A stretch of DNA of 64,000 bases from an uncultured Alphaproteobacteria bacterium (GCA_902530685.1 CACAAZ010000001.1:31090-95089), one strand, 5' to 3'; positions 1 through 10,927 are shown, numbered from the stretch's first letter. The notes: generated by a model not told the origin, from the letters alone. Numbers and translations: made by a program.

Positions 1-1043
1 AATATTTTAAAAATTTTGCATTAAAAAACATACTTTTAAGCATAAAATCAGATTTAGAATTAATTAATATAAGATTTGACAAATTTACTCACGAAACTGA
101 AATAGAAAAAAGTAAAATCATTGATGAACTTTTTTCAATCTTGGATGAAAAAAAATTATTATATGAAGGTATTTTAGAAAAGCCAAAAGGTGATGACTCT
201 GATTGGGAACCAAGAGAGCAATTATTATTTAGATCGTCTAACTTATTAGACAATGAAGATCGGGCATTAAAAAAATCAAATGGTGAATGGACATATTTTG
301 CTAATGATGCAGCATATCATTTAGATAAATGTAAAAGAAATTTTGATAGATTAGTCAATATCTGGGGGTCTGATCATATTGGCTATATTCCAAGAATGAA
401 CTCGTTAATTAAAGCCATTAAAGATGATGAAACTTATTTAAATATTTTAACTTGTCAAATTGTAAGTTTAATTCAAAATAAACAAAAAATTAAAATGTCA
501 AAAAGATCTGGAAACTTTGTTACATTAAAAAATGTTCACTCTAAAGTTGGCAAAGATCCAATAAGATATTACATGATTTCTACTAAAAATGAGACAGCAA
601 TTGACTTTGATCTAGATGCTGTTGTTGAAAAAAATAAAGATAATAAAGTTTTTTACTGTCAATACGCACACGCTAGAGCTTCGTCTGTAATTAATAAAGC
701 AAACGAATTAGGTATAAAAATTAAAAATGATTATAACCTTACTGCAATACAAAATTTATCTAATGAGGAGGTAAAATTAATCAAAAAGTTAATTTCTTAT
801 CCTTATTTGCTATATCAATCATCATACTATAATGAACCACATAGACTAATCAATTACCTAGAAGAAATATCGTCTGATTTTCATTCAATTTGGAATAAAG
901 GTAAAGATAATGAATCGCTTCGTTTTATAGATAAAAAAAATAAAGAAAAAACAATTTCAAAAATATTTTGGTTAGAGTCATTTAGAGTTGTTTTAAAAGA
1001 TATATTTTCAATAATTGATATAAGTGCACCTGAAACAATGTAA
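1..1043 (+). CDS. argS: Arginyl-tRNA synthetase, C-terminal part (5' end outside window)
   Basis: Frame 3 is open from nt 3 to the stop at 1041-1043, so the ORF-track TTG at 141 is internal. Motifs SDHIGYIPR and KMSKRSG (KMSKS-type loop), plus an ArgRS-like anticodon-binding tail. Confidence 0.9.
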   Translation, partial: YFKNFALKNILLSIKSDLELINIRFDKFTHETEIEKSKIIDELFSILDEKKLLYEGILEKPKGDDSDWEPREQLLFRSSNLLDNEDRALKKSNGEWTYFANDAAYHLDKCKRNFDRLVNIWGSDHIGYIPRMNSLIKAIKDDETYLNILTCQIVSLIQNKQKIKMSKRSGNFVTLKNVHSKVGKDPIRYYMISTKNETAIDFDLDAVVEKNKDNKVFYCQYAHARASSVINKANELGIKIKNDYNLTAIQNLSNEEVKLIKKLISYPYLLYQSSYYNEPHRLINYLEEISSDFHSIWNKGKDNESLRFIDKKNKEKTISKIFWLESFRVVLKDIFSIIDISAPETM

Positions 1044-1555
1044 TGATTAAAAGAATTATTTTTAAAAGAAAAAATAGTTATATATTAAAATATTCTTTAT
1101 TATTATTGCTATTTATTATTATTTTTTATCTTATTTCATTTTATTATTTTATTAATAGGGACTATTTTGTTATTCCTAAATTTACTAATAAATATTTTGT
1201 CATTCCCACCAATAAAGAAGGTGAGGTTATTGATTATTTAGACAAGAAAAGTTTAAATAACATAGATAATGGAATTCAAGATTATAAATTTAAAAACATG
1301 AGTGAAATTGAATATACAATTCAATTATATAGCAATGATAATTTTGAAAACATCAATAAATACTTGAATAATTTATTAGAAAATAAAAAAGAAATTATAG
1401 ATCATGAAGATATTTTTGTTTTTTATAAAAAAACTGAAATAGGTACTCAATATTTTATTACCTATAAAAATTATATTTCTAAGAATAATGCTTCTGAAGC
1501 TTGTGATTTATTAACTATTGCTAAGAGTTGCATAATACTTAATTTACAAAATTAA
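1043..1555 (+). CDS. Membrane-anchored protein with possible C-terminal SPOR-like domain
   Basis: TAATG overlap with argS. N-terminal TM helix. C-terminus (YTIQLYS...QYFITYKNY...A..AC) resembles a SPOR repeat. A SPOR protein follows argS in many alphaproteobacteria. Confidence 0.45.
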   Translation: MIKRIIFKRKNSYILKYSLLLLLFIIIFYLISFYYFINRDYFVIPKFTNKYFVIPTNKEGEVIDYLDKKSLNNIDNGIQDYKFKNMSEIEYTIQLYSNDNFENINKYLNNLLENKKEIIDHEDIFVFYKKTEIGTQYFITYKNYISKNNASEACDLLTIAKSCIILNLQN

Positions 1556-1594
1556 TAATATTGAGAGAATCTCAATAATTTTATATAAAAAATT

Positions 1595-2362
1595 GTGTTA
1601 AATCTTCCAGATAAAGAAATAAAAGAAGGTCAATTTAACCTATTATTAGACAATTTTGAGGGCCCCATTGACCTTTTGTTGGTTTTGGCTAGATCACAGA
1701 AAGTTGATTTGTCTGATATATCTATATCAGAATTAGCCGATCAATATATTAACTTTATTAATCAATATAGAAATATTCATATTGAAATAGCTGCAGATTA
1801 TTTGGTGATGGCAGCATGGCTTACTTATTTGAAATCAAGATTATTATTGCCTAAAGAAGAAAAAACGGATGAATATACAGCTGATGAGTTAGAAGAGGCT
1901 TTAAAATATCAACTACAGAGACTGGAGGCTTTTCAAAATATTTCTAAAATCATATATTCAAGACCTCTTGTTAACAGAGATGTATTTTATGGAGGGTCAT
2001 CTGAAGGTCTTAAGGTTAAATATAATATAAATTATATTTCTAATTTATATGATTTACTAAAATCATATAGTCAAATACTTAAATCGAATGAACAGGTAAA
2101 ACAATTGACTATTGAGTATTCAGAACTTTATTCAGTTGATCAAGCAGTTAAAAGATTAAAAGGTATTTTTGGAAATATTACAGAATGGACTAATTTTTTA
2201 AATATAATTCCAAATTTAATTAAAGCTAATAAAACAATTAATAAATCAATTATCTCATCTAACTTTGTTGCTTCTTTAGAATTATCTAAAAATGGCTTTA
2301 TTGATTTAAAACAAGATGAAAGTTTTGGTAACATTTATATAAAATTTAATCAAAATGGATAA
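1595..2362 (+). CDS. scpA: Segregation and condensation protein A
   Basis: GTG start. FEGPIDLLLVLARSQKVDLSDISI..LADQYI is the typical ScpA N-terminus. Followed by scpB. Confidence 0.85.
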   Translation: MLNLPDKEIKEGQFNLLLDNFEGPIDLLLVLARSQKVDLSDISISELADQYINFINQYRNIHIEIAADYLVMAAWLTYLKSRLLLPKEEKTDEYTADELEEALKYQLQRLEAFQNISKIIYSRPLVNRDVFYGGSSEGLKVKYNINYISNLYDLLKSYSQILKSNEQVKQLTIEYSELYSVDQAVKRLKGIFGNITEWTNFLNIIPNLIKANKTINKSIISSNFVASLELSKNGFIDLKQDESFGNIYIKFNQNG

Positions 2363-2990
2363 TAAAGACATTAAAATTTTAGAAGCAATATTATTTGCAT
2401 CAGGTGAGCCACTTGATGAAAATGATTTAAAAGAAAAAATCAAAGATAAAAATAATATAAGTAAGCAATTACTAGAAATTAAAGATTTTTATAAAAATAG
2501 AGGTATCAATTTAATTAAAACTGGCAACAAATGGTCTTTTAGAACTGCTGAAGATCTTAGTGATGAATTAACTATTTTTAAAACACAGAAAAGAAAATTA
2601 TCAAGAGCAGCACTTGAAACATTATCTATAATTGCATACCAACAACCAATAACAAGATCAGAAATTGAAAACATTAGAGGTGTTCAAATGGGAAGAGGCT
2701 CACTTGATCATTTGATGGAAATAGGATGGATACGTCCTTCAGGTAGGAAAAGTATACCAGGTAAACCTACTTTATGGTCTACTACAGATTTATTTGTTGA
2801 ACATTTTGGATTAAATAGTTTATCTGATTTACCTAATAAAGATGAACTAAAGGCAACTGGTTTTCTAGATAAACGTGCTGCAATTGCTACAATAAGTGAT
2901 CTTGCCAAAAATGATGAAAATTTACAAAGTAATGATAATTTAGAACAGGATGATGAAAATAATATTGATGATTTTATTTCAAATAATTAA
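2355..2990 (+). CDS. scpB: Segregation and condensation protein B
   Basis: ILEAILFASGEPL and ETLSIIAYQQPITRSEIE..RGV motifs. Overlaps scpA by 8 nt. Confidence 0.85.
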   Translation: MDNKDIKILEAILFASGEPLDENDLKEKIKDKNNISKQLLEIKDFYKNRGINLIKTGNKWSFRTAEDLSDELTIFKTQKRKLSRAALETLSIIAYQQPITRSEIENIRGVQMGRGSLDHLMEIGWIRPSGRKSIPGKPTLWSTTDLFVEHFGLNSLSDLPNKDELKATGFLDKRAAIATISDLAKNDENLQSNDNLEQDDENNIDDFISNN

Positions 2991-3040
2991 TTAATTCTTA
3001 TAATTCTTGTTTTTTCTCGTAGTTTCCTTATAAGCCCCTT

Positions 3041-3226
3041 ATGACACCTAGTATTTGGCAATTATTAATTGTACTCGTTATAGTTCTACTTCTTTTCGGT
3101 AGAGGTAAGATACCTCAACTTATGGGTGATATGGCAAAAGGAATCAAATCATTTAAGAGAGGAATGTCTGACGAAGAAAAAAAAGAAGATAAAAATTTAG
3201 AGAATAAAAACGACGAAGAAAAGTAA
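3041..3226 (+). CDS. tatA: Twin-arginine translocase subunit TatA/E
   Basis: 61 aa: TM helix, FG hinge, then amphipathic helix ([24 protein letters not shown]). Confidence 0.85.
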   Translation: MTPSIWQLLIVLVIVLLLFGRGKIPQLMGDMAKGIKSFKRGMSDEEKKEDKNLENKNDEEK

Positions 3227-3231
3227 ATATA

Positions 3232-3546
3232 ATGTTTACTTTTGGTTGGAGTGAAATTTTCTTAATTGGGATAATTGTAGTTGTAGTTATTGGCCCAAAA
3301 GATCTTCCAAAATTCATTAAACAAGTTGGTTCATTTACTAAATATATTAAAAAAATGTCTTCTGAATTCAAATCATCAATAAATGAAATTGCTGAAGAGG
3401 AAGAAATTAAAGAATTAGCTAAATCAGTTAAAGAGGTAAAAAAAATAAAAGACGGTATTAATATCAAAAAAAATTTTGAAAATGAGATTAAAGAAGTTCA
3501 AGAAACAGTAAAAATTACCGAGAATGAAATTTCAAAAAAAAATTAA
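3232..3546 (+). CDS. tatB: Twin-arginine translocase subunit TatB
   Basis: MFTFGWSEIFLIGIIVVVVIGPKDLPKF is a TatB-type N-terminus. Lies between tatA and tatC. Confidence 0.8.
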   Translation: MFTFGWSEIFLIGIIVVVVIGPKDLPKFIKQVGSFTKYIKKMSSEFKSSINEIAEEEEIKELAKSVKEVKKIKDGINIKKNFENEIKEVQETVKITENEISKKN

Positions 3547-3561
3547 CTTATTATTTTTGTA

Positions 3562-4317
3562 ATGACTGAAGAAAAATTTGAAGAAATGTCTTTAATAGGG
3601 CATCTAACAGAGTTACGAAAAAGACTACTGTGGAGTTTTTTATATATTTTATTAATTTTCATTGTTTGTTTTTACTTTGCAGATGAATTATTTGCTTTTT
3701 TAGCTAGTCCTCTTGTAGAACTTTTTGATAAAGATAAAGGTCAGGGTTTTATTTATACAGCTTTACAAGAAGCTTTTTTTACAGAATTAAAAATAGCTTT
3801 TTTCTTTGCTTTATTTTTTTCATTTCCATTAATTGCAATACAAATATGGAGATTTATTGCGCCAGGTTTATACAAAAAAGAAAAGCGAGCCTTTTTACCA
3901 TACTTAATTGCAACTCCAATTTTATTTTTTGCAGGTGGTTCTATGGTTTATTATATTATTGCACCATTGGCATGGTCTTTTTTCTTATCATATCAAAACC
4001 TTGGTTCTAGTGGTGTTCCTATTCGATTAGAAGCTAAAATGGGAGAATATTTATCTCTTATGATGCGATTTATTTTTGCTTTTGGTTTAGCATTTCAGCT
4101 TCCTGTTGTATTATCTTTAATGGCAAGAGTAGGGATGGTTACTTACGAGTCTCTCAAAAAATTCAGAAAATATGCAATTGTATTAGCATTTTTATCGGCT
4201 GCATTTCTAACACCTCCCGATCCATTTAGTCAAATAAGCTTAGCTCTACCAATTATATTTTTATACGAGGTTTCAATTTATATTGCAAAATTAATTCAAA
4301 AAAATAAAGATGAATAA
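3562..4317 (+). CDS. tatC: Twin-arginine translocase subunit TatC
   Basis: HL.ELRKRLL N-terminus, six predicted TM segments, FLTPPDP motif. Confidence 0.9.
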   Translation: MTEEKFEEMSLIGHLTELRKRLLWSFLYILLIFIVCFYFADELFAFLASPLVELFDKDKGQGFIYTALQEAFFTELKIAFFFALFFSFPLIAIQIWRFIAPGLYKKEKRAFLPYLIATPILFFAGGSMVYYIIAPLAWSFFLSYQNLGSSGVPIRLEAKMGEYLSLMMRFIFAFGLAFQLPVVLSLMARVGMVTYESLKKFRKYAIVLAFLSAAFLTPPDPFSQISLALPIIFLYEVSIYIAKLIQKNKDE

Positions 4318-5579
4318 TGCATAACATTAATTTTATCAGAAAAAATCCTACGGAGTTTGATAACTACATGAAACAAAGGGGAGAAAAACCAATATCAAAT
4401 AAAATATTAGAACTAGATAAAGTTAAAAGAGAGACTCAGACTGTCCTTCAGAACCTTTTAGCTGAAAGAAACTCTATTTCAAAAAATATAGGTAAGCTTA
4501 AAAGTGAAAATAAAGATGCCTCATCAGAAATAAGTAAAGTAGATGAAATTAAAATTAAAATTAATAATTTAAAAGATCTAGAGATAATTAAAGATGAAGA
4601 GCTAACAACTATCCTAACTAGACTGCCAAATATAGCAGATAAGACTGTGCCAATTGGAATAAATGAAGCAGATAACACAAAGTATAAAGAATGGGGTGAA
4701 AAACCAGGATTTGATTTTAATCCTAAAACACATTTTGAATTAGGGGAAAATTTAGGTTTAATGAATTTTGAAACTGCATCTAAATTATCAGGATCAAGAT
4801 TTGTTTTATTAAAAAATCAGCTTTCTAAACTGGAAAGAGCAATAGCAAATTTTATGTTAGATAAGCATACGAATGAAAATGGTTATATTGAATATAATTT
4901 ACCTTTTTTGGTAAAAGATTCTGCTCTTTTTGGAACAGGGCAATTACCTAAATTTGGTGAAGATTTATTTACCGCTGGGGAAGATCATTGGTTAATACCA
5001 ACTGCTGAAGTTCCTTTAACAAACATGGTTAGAGGGGAAATATTAAACATAAATCAATTACCAATGAGAGTTACTTCTTATACACCTTGTTTTAGATCAG
5101 AGGCTGGTGCCGCAGGTAAGGATACTAGAGGTATGTTAAGACAACATCAATTTACTAAAGTTGAATTAGTTTCAATAGTTGAGCCACATCATTCACAAGG
5201 TGAATTAGAAAGAATGCTTGAAAGTGCCGAAAGTATTCTTAAAGATTTAAATATTCATTATAGAGTTATGACTTTATGTACTGGTGATATGGGTTTTTCA
5301 GCATCAAAAACATATGATATTGAAGTTTGGCTTCCAGGTGAAAATACTTATAGAGAAATTTCAAGTTGTTCTAATTGTTATGATTTTCAAGCTAGAAGAA
5401 TGAACACAAGATATAAATTAGAAAATAAAAATATTTTTGTTCATACACTTAATGGATCTGGTTTAGCAGTAGGTAGAACATTAATTGCAATTCTTGAAAA
5501 TTATCAAATGAAAGATGGAAATATTAAAATTCCAGAAGTTTTGAAAAAATATTTTAACAATTCTGATACCCTCGTCTAG
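4317..5579 (+). CDS. serS: Seryl-tRNA synthetase
   Basis: N-terminal coiled-coil arm and class II motifs (FRSEAG..G.DTRG..R.HQF.KVE, GSGLAVGRT..A.LEN). Confidence 0.95.
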   Translation: MHNINFIRKNPTEFDNYMKQRGEKPISNKILELDKVKRETQTVLQNLLAERNSISKNIGKLKSENKDASSEISKVDEIKIKINNLKDLEIIKDEELTTILTRLPNIADKTVPIGINEADNTKYKEWGEKPGFDFNPKTHFELGENLGLMNFETASKLSGSRFVLLKNQLSKLERAIANFMLDKHTNENGYIEYNLPFLVKDSALFGTGQLPKFGEDLFTAGEDHWLIPTAEVPLTNMVRGEILNINQLPMRVTSYTPCFRSEAGAAGKDTRGMLRQHQFTKVELVSIVEPHHSQGELERMLESAESILKDLNIHYRVMTLCTGDMGFSASKTYDIEVWLPGENTYREISSCSNCYDFQARRMNTRYKLENKNIFVHTLNGSGLAVGRTLIAILENYQMKDGNIKIPEVLKKYFNNSDTLV

Positions 5580-6205
5580 TGCTTGATGTTAGAAAAATAA
5601 GATTGATACTAGAGTTAAGAGAGTTAGGTATTAGTAATGCTGAAGTTTTATCAGCAATAGAAAAAATTCCAAGAGAAAAGTTTATTAGTGAAGCTTATAG
5701 AAATCAAGCTTATGAAAATATAGCTTTACCAATTGAAAACAATCAAACAATTAGTCAACCCTACGTTGTAGCTAGAATGACTGAACTACTTAATGTTAAA
5801 AATAACCACAAGGTATTAGAAATAGGTACTGGCAGTGGATATCAATGTGCAGTATTATCAATCTTAGCAAGGCGTGTATATACGATTGAAAGAATTAAAA
5901 ATTTATATGATGCTTCTAATAATATTTTTGAAAAATTAAAATTAACAAATATTGTTTCTAAATATGATGATGGTAATAATGGTTGGATTGAACAAATTCC
6001 CTTTGATAGAATAATATTTACAGCAGCATCAAAAAAAATAAGTAATGAAATCTTTTCTCATATTACAAATGAAGGGATTATTGTTTGTCCTATTGTTAAA
6101 AATAATAAGCAAATACTTGTAAAATATACAAAACAAAATAATAAAATAATTTCTGAAGAATTTGATAATGTTTTATTTGTTCCAAATCTTCAAGGTGTAG
6201 TATAA
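5579..6205 (+). CDS. pcm: Protein-L-isoaspartate O-methyltransferase
   Basis: GTG start overlapping the serS stop. QTISQPYVVARMTELL and SAM motif VLEIGTGSGYQ. Confidence 0.85.
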   Translation: MLDVRKIRLILELRELGISNAEVLSAIEKIPREKFISEAYRNQAYENIALPIENNQTISQPYVVARMTELLNVKNNHKVLEIGTGSGYQCAVLSILARRVYTIERIKNLYDASNNIFEKLKLTNIVSKYDDGNNGWIEQIPFDRIIFTAASKKISNEIFSHITNEGIIVCPIVKNNKQILVKYTKQNNKIISEEFDNVLFVPNLQGVV

Positions 6206-7563
6206 TTACCTTGAATATTTCGAATTTTATTTGAAGTATAAAAATAATATAAAATACCAATTATCCAGTGAACTAGTGTTAACCCAATAAACATATAAAT
6301 ATAGTTTTCTTCTATAAAATTGTTTATAAATAAAATTACAATTATAGGCACTAAAACAAACCTTACTATGGCCATATACATTACTATTATTGCTTTTTTC
6401 AGTCCCTGGAATGATGCATTGGAAATAAAGAAGAACGGAAAAGCTGGAAAACCAAGTGCATAAATTTTTAGATATATTGATCCGTAGTAAATTACTTCAT
6501 TATCATCGGTAAATAATCTCATAGAATCTTCTGCAGTAATAAATAAAATTAATCCTGCTATAGTTAATATTATTACTCCAGTAATCATTGCTTTATTGTA
6601 CGTTTCTAAAATTCTTTTATAGTTTTTAGCACCAAAATTTTGACCTACTATGGCGGTTACTGCTGTACTTAATCCTAATAAAGGTAAAAAAAGTAGTTGC
6701 TCATATCTTCCAGCTGATGAAAAACCTGCAATTGCATCATTTCCAAAACGACTCACAAAAAATAATAATATATATGACCCAAGAGCAATCATCATTAATC
6801 CTAATGCTGCTGGAATAGCCTGAAATAAAATTTCCTTAATTAAACTTAATTTAGGAATTAAATAATTATTTTTAAAGTTTTCAAAAATCTGTGTTTTATA
6901 AATTTTATATAGTAAATATAACAAACCAATTATTTGAGATAATATGGTAGCTATTGCTATTCCAGTTATACCCATGGGTTCAAATAATTTAAAACCAATT
7001 ATTTTCCCTGTAATTAATATTGGATTTAAAATTATATTAAGAAAAAAACTAAAAATTAAAACATTTCTATAACTCTTTGTATCTCCTTGAGCTGATAAAC
7101 AAGAATTACATACCATAAGTAAAAGAATTATAATTGAACCTAAATATATTATGTTCATATATAATGACGAAAGTTTTAGAGTTTTTGGATCATCATTAAT
7201 TGACTCTAAAATTATATTACCAAAATAGAGTCCAAAAATAGTAATACCTAAGCCTACTAAAATTGTTATAACAAAGGATTGTGTAAATGCATGACTTGCT
7301 TTTTTAATATTTTTTTCTCCTAAGGAATTAGCAACATTACTTGTTGTAGCTATGCTTAGTCCAATTCCAAGTGCAATAATTATAAAATATACAGGAAATG
7401 TTTGACCAATAGCTGCTAAAGCTGTTTCAGAAATCATTCTACCTGCAAAAATAGTATCAACTAATGAATACAGATTATTAAATATAGTTCCAATTGACGC
7501 TGGCAAAGCAATTTTTATAAATAGTTTATAGATATCTTCATCAAGTAAATTAATTTTATTCAT
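6190..7563 (-). CDS. MATE family efflux transporter
   Basis: 457 aa, about 12 TM segments, MATE-type N-terminus (IALPASIGTIFNNLYSLVDTIFAGR). Its 3' end overlaps pcm convergently by 16 nt. Confidence 0.8.
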   Translation of the reverse strand: MNKINLLDEDIYKLFIKIALPASIGTIFNNLYSLVDTIFAGRMISETALAAIGQTFPVYFIIIALGIGLSIATTSNVANSLGEKNIKKASHAFTQSFVITILVGLGITIFGLYFGNIILESINDDPKTLKLSSLYMNIIYLGSIIILLLMVCNSCLSAQGDTKSYRNVLIFSFFLNIILNPILITGKIIGFKLFEPMGITGIAIATILSQIIGLLYLLYKIYKTQIFENFKNNYLIPKLSLIKEILFQAIPAALGLMMIALGSYILLFFVSRFGNDAIAGFSSAGRYEQLLFLPLLGLSTAVTAIVGQNFGAKNYKRILETYNKAMITGVIILTIAGLILFITAEDSMRLFTDDNEVIYYGSIYLKIYALGFPAFPFFFISNASFQGLKKAIIVMYMAIVRFVLVPIIVILFINNFIEENYIYMFIGLTLVHWIIGILYYFYTSNKIRNIQGNYTTP

Positions 7564-7565
7564 AT

Positions 7566-8396
7566 TTATAAATATCTTAATTTAAACCTAGTACTATTTT
7601 CATCTCGTTTTAAAATATTTTGAATTTCGTGTATTATCTCTTTAAGATTTTTCATAATAGATCTGTTTGAAAAATTTATTAATAATAAGCCACTTCCTTG
7701 CATTCCAATATTGTCTCCATATTTCATAATAGGAACTTCAACATTGATAATATTTCCTACACCCTTTTTTCTAATATTCTGAATGAAGGAGTCATTTTCT
7801 AAAATATTTAAAACTGGATACCATATTATGATTTTGGATTTTGAGAATAAATTATCAATATTATTTAGTATCTCCTCTACTTTTTCAAAATCATCCTTTA
7901 TTTCATATGATGGATCTATAAATACAAAATAATTCTTCTCTTTATTAATTTTATTAAAAATAAAATTAAATCCATCAACATTTAAAATTTTAGTATTGGT
8001 ATATTTGTTTAAGTTTATTTTTAGTAAATCATATTCATTATTATGTAGTTCACAAAAAAATAATTTATCTTTTTGATTAGCTATGAACGAAATAAATATA
8101 GGTGATCCAGGATAAAAATTATTTTTTTCAGTAATTTTAGAAATAGTTGAAAGATAATTTTTAATTAAAATATTATTACCTTTGTAATTTTGTATCTTTT
8201 TAATTCCATCTTTATACTCTTTATTTTTATCCATATACTTTGATATATATTTATAAATTCCATTGCCAGAATGAGTATCAATATAACTTATTGAATTATT
8301 GACCTTTTTTTCAAGATTATATAAGTAAAGCAAGATAATATGTTTTATAACATCTGCATGATTTCCTGCATGATAACCGTGTTTATAGCTTAACAT
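7566..8396 (-). CDS. rlmJ: 23S rRNA (adenine2030-N6)-methyltransferase RlmJ-like
   Basis: N-terminus MLSYKHGYHAGNHADVIKH is characteristic of RlmJ/YhiR. IDPSYE motif later in the protein. Confidence 0.8.
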   Translation of the reverse strand: MLSYKHGYHAGNHADVIKHIILLYLYNLEKKVNNSISYIDTHSGNGIYKYISKYMDKNKEYKDGIKKIQNYKGNNILIKNYLSTISKITEKNNFYPGSPIFISFIANQKDKLFFCELHNNEYDLLKINLNKYTNTKILNVDGFNFIFNKINKEKNYFVFIDPSYEIKDDFEKVEEILNNIDNLFSKSKIIIWYPVLNILENDSFIQNIRKKGVGNIINVEVPIMKYGDNIGMQGSGLLLINFSNRSIMKNLKEIIHEIQNILKRDENSTRFKLRYL

Positions 8397-8535
8397 AAAT
8401 AATTAAAATATAGCTTGAAATAAATTACTTATTAGTTATTTAAGTAAATTATTAATAAATTAAATTTATATATATATTATAAGATAAAGATATAAACAAA
8501 CCTCAATAAAAATCATTACAAAGGAGAATACAAAT

Positions 8536-8739
8536 ATGCCAAGTGGTAAAATAAAATGGTTTAATCCGACCAAAGGTTATGGATTTATAGAAAATGACGA
8601 TGGAGGTAAGGATGTTTTCCTTCATGTATCAGCTTTAGAAGCTGCTGGTATTGATACTTTAGAAGAAGGTATGCCAGTTGAATTTGAAATCGGTGAGAAC
8701 CGTGGAAAAGAAAACGCTATTAATATTAAGAAAAAATAA
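8536..8739 (+). CDS. Cold-shock domain protein
   Basis: [15 protein letters not shown] (RNP1) and VFLHVSAL (RNP2). Strong SD AAGGAG upstream. About 140 nt of 5' leader, as is usual for csp genes. Confidence 0.9.
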   Translation: MPSGKIKWFNPTKGYGFIENDDGGKDVFLHVSALEAAGIDTLEEGMPVEFEIGENRGKENAINIKKK

Positions 8740-8746
8740 TATTTAA

Positions 8747-8974
8747 TTGAATTCAAATAAACTTTTAGAATGGATTGGTGTATCAACAGCTATCCTTTAT
8801 TCCCTACTAGTTGCATTTAATATTGGATTAGAATTTATTGGCTTTTCATTATTATTGCTATCAGCATTGTTAATTGGAATCTGGGCCTATAAATTAAAAC
8901 ACAATGGAATATTGTTTTTACAATTTTTCTACGCTGGTGCAGGTATTATAGGAATGTATAGATGGTTTGGATAA
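8747..8974 (+). CDS. Small 3-TM membrane protein, unknown function
   Basis: ORF with a TTG start and three hydrophobic segments. No family recognised with confidence. Confidence 0.35.
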   Translation: MNSNKLLEWIGVSTAILYSLLVAFNIGLEFIGFSLLLLSALLIGIWAYKLKHNGILFLQFFYAGAGIIGMYRWFG

Positions 8975-9210
8975 AAATATTTTTTTTATTTTTACTTTTA
9001 TATCCCTCAATTACATATTCTTCTGAATTAAATGAAGAAGAAGAAATGTACTTTAATTTTGTTGATTTAAATAATGATGGAGTGATTTCCTATGAAGAAA
9101 TTGAACAATCATTAAATCTGCTCTTTCAAATTATAGATCTGAATCAAGATAATAAAATTTCTCTAAATGAGATATATGAATTAAAAGGTATAATTGAATC
9201 TTTAAGATGA
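8962..9210 (+). CDS. Secreted EF-hand calcium-binding protein
   Basis: Signal-peptide-like N-terminus. Two EF-hand loops: DLNNDGVISYEE and DLNQDNKISLNE. Confidence 0.6.
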   Translation: MVWIKIFFLFLLLYPSITYSSELNEEEEMYFNFVDLNNDGVISYEEIEQSLNLLFQIIDLNQDNKISLNEIYELKGIIESLR

Positions 9211-9950
9211 GTATTTGGGGAAGAGTTATAGGTGGAGCTGCAGGATTTGCTTTAGGTGGACCTATAGGGGCCATCTTAGGAGTAATGGCTGGCAGTGCTT
9301 ATGACAGAAGATCAAAATCAAAATCATCATTTAACTTTAATCGAATAAATAATAATCAAAAACAACAAATTTTTACATTAAGTTTTATTTTTTTAGCTGC
9401 AAAATTAGCTAAATCAGATGGCATTGTATCAGATGATGAGATTAGAGCATTTAAAGAAAAATTTAAAGTTCCAAAATCTGAAATTTCTAAAGTTGCAAAA
9501 ATATTTAATGAGGCAAAAAAAGACACGTATGGCTATAAACAAATAGCAAATCAAGTAGGGGATTTATTTTCAGCTAATAAAATTTTATTGGAAGAATTAT
9601 TAAATAATTTATTTTATATTGCTGCATCTGATGGAAAGGTATCTATAAGCGAAATAGATTTCTTAAGATCAATTTCTAAATCGTTTAAATTTAGTGAAAA
9701 AGATTTCCAAAGAATTTTCCAATTAAATTTAAAAAACACTGAATCTGACCCTTACAAAATATTGGGTGTTAATAGATCAAGCACTGATAATGAGATTAGA
9801 AAAAAATGGATAAAATTAAATAAAGAACATCACCCAGATAATTTAATTGCTAAAGGGATGCCAAAAGAATTTATCCAGCAAGCAAACAAAGAATTAGCAG
9901 CTATAAACATCGCATACGATAAAATAAAAGAAATTAGAGGTATTAATTGA
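9207..9950 (+). CDS. djlA: DjlA-type co-chaperone (TM + TerB-like domain + C-terminal J domain)
   Basis: Gly-rich N-terminal TM. C-terminal J domain DPYKILGV...HHPD. Confidence 0.75.
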   Translation: MSIWGRVIGGAAGFALGGPIGAILGVMAGSAYDRRSKSKSSFNFNRINNNQKQQIFTLSFIFLAAKLAKSDGIVSDDEIRAFKEKFKVPKSEISKVAKIFNEAKKDTYGYKQIANQVGDLFSANKILLEELLNNLFYIAASDGKVSISEIDFLRSISKSFKFSEKDFQRIFQLNLKNTESDPYKILGVNRSSTDNEIRKKWIKLNKEHHPDNLIAKGMPKEFIQQANKELAAINIAYDKIKEIRGIN

Positions 9951-10927
9951 TACCATTAGAATTATCTGTTGAGAAAATAAATCAAGTATATTTAAAAATA
10001 AAACCTTATATTAATAAAACCCCTTTATTAAAAGTATCTCAAATAACTAATAGTCATTTCTCTACCAATTTATTTCTTAAATATGAATTTTTTCAAAAAT
10101 CTGGATCATTTAAAGCTAGAGGAGCGATTAATAATGTTCTTAGTCAAGAAAAAGAAAAAATTAATAAGGGTATAACTGCAGTAAGTGCTGGTAATCATGC
10201 AATCGCAGCATCATTTGTGGCTAATTTGTTTAATTTAAAAAATAAAATATTTTTATATGAATCAGCAAATGATTACAGAGTTCAAACTTGTAAAAATTAT
10301 GGTGCTAACATTATCTTCACAAATCCAAAACAAGCTTTTATAGATGCTAATAATGCACAAAAAGAAGGGTATTATTTTATCCATCCTTTTGATGGACCCT
10401 ATACATTACAAGGTAGCGCAACTTTAGGTCTTGAAATTTCAGATTATTTTAAAATAAATAACTTAAATTTAGATTATTTGGTTATTTCTGTTGGTGGAGG
10501 TGGATTAATAAGCGGTGTTTCTTCCTATATTAAGCAAATATTTCCTAATACTAAAGTAATTGGAGTTGAGCCAGAAGGTGCACAAGGATTAAGTCAAAGT
10601 TTTAAAAAAAATAAACCTCTACAAAATCTTAACGTCAATAGTATTGCTGATAGTTTATCGGCTCCTCTTCATATGAAATACTCATTTGATATTGCAAAAA
10701 AAGTAGTAGATGAAATAGTTACAGTTACTGATGATCAGATGAGAGAATTTATGATTTTTGCACATAAAAATTTTAAATTAATGCTAGAACCTGCCTGTGT
10801 TGCTGGTTTAGCTGCAATTAAATATAAATTAGAAAATAAACTTAAAAATATGAACACTCTTTTGATTTTATGCGGATCAAGCATTGATTCAAAAAGTTGG
10901 AACTCTTTAATAAATTATAATGGATAA
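9947..10927 (+). CDS. PLP-dependent threonine/serine dehydratase family enzyme
   Basis: SGSFKARGA (PLP lysine), SAGNHA, GGGGLISG motifs. 326 aa with no ACT regulatory domains. Confidence 0.7.
   Translation: MIPLELSVEKINQVYLKIKPYINKTPLLKVSQITNSHFSTNLFLKYEFFQKSGSFKARGAINNVLSQEKEKINKGITAVSAGNHAIAASFVANLFNLKNKIFLYESANDYRVQTCKNYGANIIFTNPKQAFIDANNAQKEGYYFIHPFDGPYTLQGSATLGLEISDYFKINNLNLDYLVISVGGGGLISGVSSYIKQIFPNTKVIGVEPEGAQGLSQSFKKNKPLQNLNVNSIADSLSAPLHMKYSFDIAKKVVDEIVTVTDDQMREFMIFAHKNFKLMLEPACVAGLAAIKYKLENKLKNMNTLLILCGSSIDSKSWNSLINYNG

Noticed and set aside
8747-8974. The small 3-TM protein as a half-PnuC/SemiSWEET-like transporter.
   Set aside because: The resemblance is limited to a W..G and LQ..Y....G.YRW pattern. 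That is too weak without a profile search, so it stays as a hypothetical membrane protein.
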